A stretch of DNA of 61,121 nt, counting the filler, from Basidiobolus ranarum (taxonomy: Eukaryota): the NCBI GenBank assembly GCA_040143965.1. It is 7 parts of 7 records of this genome, joined end to end, with 100 filler letters (N's around TTAATTAATTAA, not from the genome) between each part and the next. Parts side by side here need not be neighbours in the genome. Positions count along the whole stretch, not along the records: positions 52,498 to 61,121 come from JASJQH010007823.1; 6 more parts are not named here. The stretch is one strand, 5' to 3'. Every line of letters begins with the position of its first letter. The first letter of the stretch is position 1. The translations under genes and the position numbers were made by a program. The notes under the pieces were generated by a model, which was not told the origin of the DNA, made no database searches, and saw only the letters and a list, made by a program, of their open reading frames with translations. Below are positions 54,665 to 61,121 of this stretch, piece after piece.

Positions 54665-56726
54665 TCCTAATATTCCTAAGATCCAAAAGTAAATGTAACA
54701 GCACCTGGCTATATATGGAGACCAAGACACATTGATAACCGGTAGAGAGTGATGTAAGGCTGGAACGCTCTTTCTACTTAGTTGATCAATCAATGTATCC
54801 CTATGTCTGAAACAATTTCTTATATGAACTTAATAACATATTTCGGGTTGAAGAACTATCAAATTTGGCTATATTCCAGTCGATACTCCCTCACCCCTTC
54901 CTGTTTGCTGAACTAGTATTCGTTGAAGTTATCCAAGTCATCTGTTCGAATTTTTGACTTTCACCGATGGGCTCTACCGTAGTGTACAGCTGAATCATTT
55001 TGAAGTCATTTCCATTTTAGGTATTTACAGGAGATTAAATGGAGCGACCCAGACTTGTTGATCGTATTTTCTTCCAAGCCGTGTGTACCAATTCTCATCA
55101 TCAAACTATTTGCTATTTCTCTCGGTAAACATTGGCAGTCAATGAGGGTTTTTGGTTTTTTTTTAATTTGCGGTGTATATTTTCGGCATGCGCTTATTAC
55201 TTTTAATGATTCTATCACATTACTATAATTGGTTAGTGCTCACTTTCACACAAATGACATATCAAAGTTTTTATGCAATTTCCACCTAGAGGCATATGAG
55301 TACGATATTGATTTCCTTTTCTCTTGACCATTTCTCCGTCTGATGTTAGTGTGATTGCGCTTGTGTAAATCAGCGTTAACAAGATCCATATTCCAAGAAG
55401 CCCGGAGCGCTCTATGGATTGGCTGCTCTTTCTAATGAGTTATTCAGTCTGTACAAGTATATATCTGAAACTCCTCAAAGAAACAAAGGCTAACCCTATT
55501 TGCCTGATATATATCAAAAGCAGTCATACATTAGACAGTATGAGCCGTGCTTGGCGAGTCAACATCACTGCTAGATCACTACATTACTGCTAGATCACAG
55601 TTGTCTATTTGCAATTGCAATTTGCATGGTTCTGATTTTAAATTTAATGAGTACCTTGTAGCACAACTGAATCAACAAATCCATTTTAGGTAATTCAATG
55701 CTCAGTGAATGGAACGACCTAGACTTACTGGTGCTATTATCTAATCAATGGAGATAATCATTTGCAGTATCAATTGTGAATAGCTTATCTTCTTGATTAC
55801 ATAAGCCTCACATCCAACAGTACATTTATTGCTAAATGAACACTATGATAAAAAAATGTCTCAGTCGGGAATTTTACAAGTCAAACTGTGGAAGTTAATT
55901 GCTAGGTTCCCTGGATCCTATATTCCTTCAGATTGCCATTGTTTTATGACGATTCGATATGCTAGCGAGGTGTACGACGGGGTCATTTTGATGAACAAAA
56001 TTCCATAGTTCTCTTACATTCTCTACCATCACCACTTTATCCATTCCTCCTCATTATCTCATACTCGTAGCCATAGCAATTAATAAATCAATATCTAGAG
56101 AAGCAATACTACTCGGTTTATTTTTGTGTTTCTGCGTTTCTCAGGGGTACGCAGCTGGAGGACAAAAGTAATCTTCCGGATGATATTATCTAAAACTCTT
56201 TAAATACAGGAATTTACTTTCATCCATTGATGATGGAAGAGAATGACGTTGTTGTGGGGAGCAGGAAAATGGTAAATTAGAAAACATTACTGAGTAACTA
56301 AATCTCTAATATTGAATTGTGGATATATTTCGGTAAGAGAAAATCAGTAAATAAGAGGCAAGTCCCGTTTAAAAAACGAGCTAGATACGTGATAATACCC
56401 GCGATAATACTCGTTTCACTCCGTGAAACTAACCAAAACAAGTTGAATTAGAAACTCCGTTTTACCAATTAAGAATGACTCCACATAACTTGTAACCGGA
56501 TTCGTCCCTGAATATCACAATCAGTAAGAAGCTTTTATTAGCTAGCAATTGTATTCAAAGGATATACCTCCCTAGTAAATACTCATATATCTACCAAGAT
56601 TACTTGCAATCATATAACTTACATCATCTTAGAATCTTCAAATTGGGTTTTTACAATAAAATAATTTACATCATCTTGGAATTTTAAACTTTGTTTACGT
56701 GTACTGCAATTGTATCCAAGGCGTCT

Positions 56727-57264
56727 TCAAAAGTAGTTTGTATTAGAAGTAGGAGGAAAATCTACCAGCAATGAAGGATAGTAGAGGTTATCAGGGAGAA
56801 GATCAGAAATATCGTTCAAGTTTGATGAGACATCAGAGAAGCATGAAGCGTCTAAGGATGATATTGGGGGTAGTGGTGTGTCTAAGGACCAGCGTAAATG
56901 TGGGTCTATTTTGCGGACACACTACTATGCGTCGTATGATACAAGACTAATAGTTCGTTTGCTATTCATAGCATTCCACCATTTTACTCAACACGGCAAC
57001 CTGTCAGAGTACATTTCAATTGGAACAGGGGTGTGTTGATAATTTTGTGCAAGACAGTTCGTATTTATCTGCAGAAGTTGATTGTGTGTTGATAAGTGGA
57101 TATGAAGATACCACTGGTGTGAACAAGAATGGAGGGGAAGACAAAAGTAGTATCGGTTTAGCTGTGTCTGGCATTGAAAGGTCTACCATTTCTCGAGAAC
57201 AGGGGCATTTCACACGTTGAATGAGATGATGGAAATTTGGTTGATCCCGTTTGAAATATTGATA
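56727..57264 (-). pseudogene. HSF-domain paralog pseudogene (last exon only)
   Basis: YQYFKRDQPNFHHLIQRVKCP..HPCSN*NVL*QVAVLSKMVECYE* aligns with copy 1 exon 3; in-frame stops; 5' side abuts an LTR fragment. Confidence 0.75.
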
Positions 57265-57561
57265 CTAGATTATCATATATTTCACTAAGATATTATCCAT
57301 TATTCTAAATTGGAATTTACTTAGAATATCTTTACCAACTTAGAAGTTCTCAGATATATAGATTCATCTAACATGTGCTAGAAGTGCCAAGCTTTGCACA
57401 CATGTTCCTGGGACCTTCCTTAACACATTCAAGACATTAGTTTGCTTGCACCTTGACAAAACTATAAATGTCAAGTTTCTACTAAATAAATCAACAAGTG
57501 AAAACCAGCAATTTCTCTAATTCCCCAAATCACTTCCAACAGGCTCCCAAATATTTTAATA
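57265..57561 (+). repeat. 5'-truncated family-B LTR
   Basis: Colinear with ~49262-49556 (CCAACTTAGAAGTTCTCAGAT..CAGGCTCCCAAATA). Confidence 0.85.
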
Positions 57562-59185
57562 AGTAAAAGTATAGGTAATATAAATAAAAAAGCTTACTAC
57601 CAATAGTGATTCAAAGATTGGATACTATTCTTAGCCCAGTCATGTAATTAGCCAATTATAGTATTTGTTTCAAACTTGTGCCTTTGAAAAAGAGATACTA
57701 AACTTGTCCAAATGATATTTGCATATAAATATTTGGGTAGTTGAGTTCTAATTTGATAGTATAAATTATAGGGTTAGAATTTTTGTTATTAAAAATAATT
57801 GTATTAGATTTATTCAAATTATGCTTATATCCAGTAATCATAATTTATTAAAATCTTCAGATTTATGAGTTTCAACTTGACATGTATTGGTGCATATATG
57901 ATATCATCAGGAATGATCCAATCAGAATTCACTCACTGCTTTAAAAGGAAATTATGAACTAATCAAGTTTTGACACCTTTTACTGAAATCATGTTTGTGT
58001 AAGTTTTCTTTTACAAGTTTGGGTCAAATCCATCAGCATATCACAATCCTGGTGTTCCACATACATGACTCACTGCCTGAGAAAGTCTGACATAGGAGTT
58101 GAGTGTTTGAGAAGCTATTATACCTGTGTAAGTGGTAGGTTTATTAGGGGCACCATAATGGCTTAATGGGAGAGTGCCTTCAATTTTAAGAGAACAAATA
58201 ACAATTGAGTGTAGGTGATCAAAGCATACATGTCCGTTCATATTATTCACTATTAATGGATTGTTTATAGTATATATGCAATACTCAATCATCTTACTCA
58301 AGTATGCCATTATCTGACTCGGATTGTCGTCGTTAGTCAGGAAATCTCAGACTTGGGTAGAATGGTTGTCTGTATTGAACAAACCATTGATCATGGTTAG
58401 TGAGAAACACAATGAGATGTATCTTTCTTGCACTTACTTATTTATCACTTAGCAAGACACATGAACCACAGGCAGTAGTAGCATTTTACCTTGCCCTTTG
58501 TTCGCCTACAATTTTACATTCGCCCACTTTGAAGATATGAAGCTACTCATATATGAACTATTGTATTAATAAACGTGAGTTGTTGTATAAACGTACTTAT
58601 CATGCTGAATCAGCTCCATAGTTCGTAATGATCTCATCTTTTTAAGATTAACAAAGCATCGACTTCAAGTGACTAAGCTGAGGGATGTAGAGCATAGTAT
58701 CAATGGAGAGGAGGGCTAACATAGAACTTAGTATTACCCTTTATTCGCGTTGCTATCCCTTGGTAAAATAATCGGTGGAATTCAATCTACACGAGAGTAA
58801 GCATGATGGGTGATGACCTAATGTTGAGTTTGGCACACTTAATTAAAGTGGTATGTGATTTCGATATCAGTGTAATGATTGATTCAGCATTTAGAATATC
58901 CATCAAACCGATTGTGATTTATCGATTGATCACCAATCAATTTGGTGGTGTCGTATTATATGAACTATTATGCAGATAAAATTATAACAAAAATTCTTAC
59001 AAATTCAATCTCAAGTTGGAAAATATCTAGATATATTTAAGATAACAATATTGAGAAGTCGGGTAAAATTTCGGTTAATTATTTCGATTTGATTGAATGC
59101 AAAATTTTTGGAATAGGGTAAAAAGTAGCGGTACATTGATGGCAATCCACTCACATTATTATTTCATCTCGGCTGGACAGGGATC

Positions 59186-59441
59186 GGGATTCGAATCAAA
59201 CCTTGAAAAGTTGCCCTTAAAAGTACCATGAGTAGCGACTACGTCCATGTTTACCAACTTCCTGACAAGAGTAGTGTCTCTTGCGATTCACCAAATTTCC
59301 CCACAGCTCAATATATTAAAGCTCAGGCTGTACCTTTGTTGAAGATGATGGCCATGAGTGAACTGCTGTAGATCTGTGGTATTGGCTTACTAAAGACTTT
59401 GGATGTTATAGCCCCAATGCCGTTTCCACATCAAATGACAG
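59186..59441 (+). repeat. 256-bp near-identical inverted copy of 52634-52889
   Basis: Reverse-complement match with about 4 substitutions counted by eye. Confidence 0.93.
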
Positions 59442-59639
59442 GTTCGGTCACGATTGGTCACCAGCCAAAATGGTCTTCAACTATATCCTAATCATTATAT
59501 AGTTGATGTAGTCGCAACCGAACGATCCAGAACTAAAGCACATGTCACAATGCAATGATACCATGGAATATGATTAGTTCCACCCTTTCCGTCAGTCTAT
59601 ATAGGGACCGGGCATATGTGATATGTAACATTAAACAAT

Positions 59640-60359
59640 ATGTTGGAGGGATATACAGGCAAACTTAATATTCGCATACCCCCATTTGTGCTAAGCCTTT
59701 ACAAGTAGCTCTCTTGCCATGATTGTTCTTTTCTATGCTGCTTGCTTGCTCATTTGCTTCTTTGTATAGGATACTTTCAGAGCAAAGCTATTATGATATG
59801 ATAGCTTGGGAGCAGTCAGGGACCAAATTTGTCATTAAAGATCACATCAATTTTGCCTCAAAAGTGCTTCCTCAATACTACGAAACCAATAAGTTTACTT
59901 CATTTTCCCGCCAATTAAATGTAGAACGAAGTGATTTAGGTTGTTGATAATATTACAAGTTGTTAATCTTTCGAATAGATATATGGCTTCTATCGGGTTT
60001 CTGATTGGCGACGAGCTAAGCGGACTCAGGGTACTTCAGCAGTAATCTATTCTCATCAACATTTCAACCGAGGTGAACTGAATTCTCTTCATCTCATTCA
60101 ACGTACGTCGAGTCGCCATACAAGAATCAAATCTTCACACCTTCAGGTAGATGATGCCATGAAGTCAAGCTCTTCGCCCTCAACAACCCATTTTTTATCC
60201 TCATCTGTAAACTTACTACCAGTATGCAAACATGAAAATGAAATAAGGTATAAGAATACGGTAACTCACAACTGTTGGGATTGCAAAATTCTCACTCAAG
60301 AAAAAGCTTATCTGAATGAAACGATTGCGTATTACAAGTTTATATTCAGCGAACTATGA
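59640..60359 (+). CDS. HSF-type DNA-binding domain protein, copy 2, 3 exons
   Basis: MLEGYTGKLNIRIPPFVLSLYK|ILSEQSYYDMIAWEQSGTKFVIKDHINFASKVLPQYYETNKFTSFSRQLN|IYGFYRVSDWRR..YSHQHFNRGELNSLHLIQR; same intron positions as copy 1. Confidence 0.88.
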
Positions 60360-61024
60360 GCATTGGGAGTAAAACCACTAGCTATCGAGATTTAGGGGAT
60401 CCAGATATGTTATCATCTCTGTATTGGACTATTTTACCTTTCTCCTTTAACGAAAACACTTACGCTATCCTCTATCCCGACCATTGCTCTCAAATTAGCA
60501 GTAACTTTGAAATGTAATAAAATAAATGTTAATTTTTAATGGGAGGGGTAAATGGAATTTATCGAGATGATTGTTCTGTAGACTCGGTAGATCTAAGGTA
60601 AGCACTGGCCATTTGATCATGATGGCTGTAACAAAGGACTTTTGTTTGACTCAAAAGTTTGTTTGTAACAAAGAATGCCCGTTTGGTTCGGAATTTCATC
60701 GGGATTAGACTGTATTTGGGCATGTGTGTGGTTGTAGTTATTCTTTGTGTTGGATTTCCTTTATGTTTGGCTGTCTCAAGTGAATGGATTTAGTCCAATA
60801 ACAAATTTATTAAAAATAGAAGATAGATGATGCCTTTGTCATAAAATGAAATATGTCAACATGGGGTTTTTTGAATGGTCAGAGTCTCATCTAGAAAGTT
60901 GGATGATGGTATTAACTATTACGTGTGCGCATGTGCATGCCCATTCTCACGGCAAACCAAATGAAACATTTATAGTATCAAATAGGGAAAACACCAGTTT
61001 CAAATACTAGCCTGGAGTTGCCAG

Positions 61025-61121
61025 AGTTTTCCCAGATCAGTTCTACAGTTCCTCTCAAATATCTGGATATTTTTTTTACTGCTGATTTATGCCCAGATCC
61101 TGGATTTTGACTTCTTTGATG
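61025..61121 (-). mobile_element. Copia RT/RNase H junction fragment
   Basis: Minus strand QNPGSGHKSAVKKISRYLRGTVELIWE, similar to 30680-30775. Confidence 0.6.

Noticed and set aside
52634..59441. 256-bp inverted pair as TIRs of a Pack-MULE carrying HSF genes
   Set aside because: The left copy continues seamlessly into KRE6 coding sequence at its outer end, and no flanking TSD is seen

Overview
Eukaryotic, intron-rich, AT-rich fungal DNA; gene style suggests an early-diverging fungus, but the species cannot be determined from sequence. The window is not one locus: it is seven ~8.6 kb contigs joined by identical 100-bp spacers (44 N + TTAATTAATTAA + 44 N) in decreasing length order, so adjacency across spacers is meaningless. 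Contigs 1 and 4 are CpG-depleted graveyards of nested Ty1/copia LTR retrotransposons and a CACTA (EnSpm)-like transposon whose copies run into a tRNA-like module. Contig 2 has an orphan gene, STE20/PAK and cyclin H. Contig 3 has two divergent LisH/LUFS paralogs around sepiapterin reductase. Contig 5 has two tandem Zn2Cys6 factors and two membrane proteins. Contig 6 has tRNA-Thr(CGT), a PTR2 transporter, nested solo LTRs and minisatellites. Contig 7 has three short HSF-domain paralogs (one a pseudogene) and a KRE6/SKN1 pseudogene fragment with a 66-bp micro-inversion and a 256-bp inverted duplicate. No confidently new system was found; the best leads are the tRNA-carrying CACTA family, LTR-into-LTR nesting with a 75-bp mini-LTR, the HSF-CxxC family and the scrambled KRE6 fragment. 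All alignments were done by eye.
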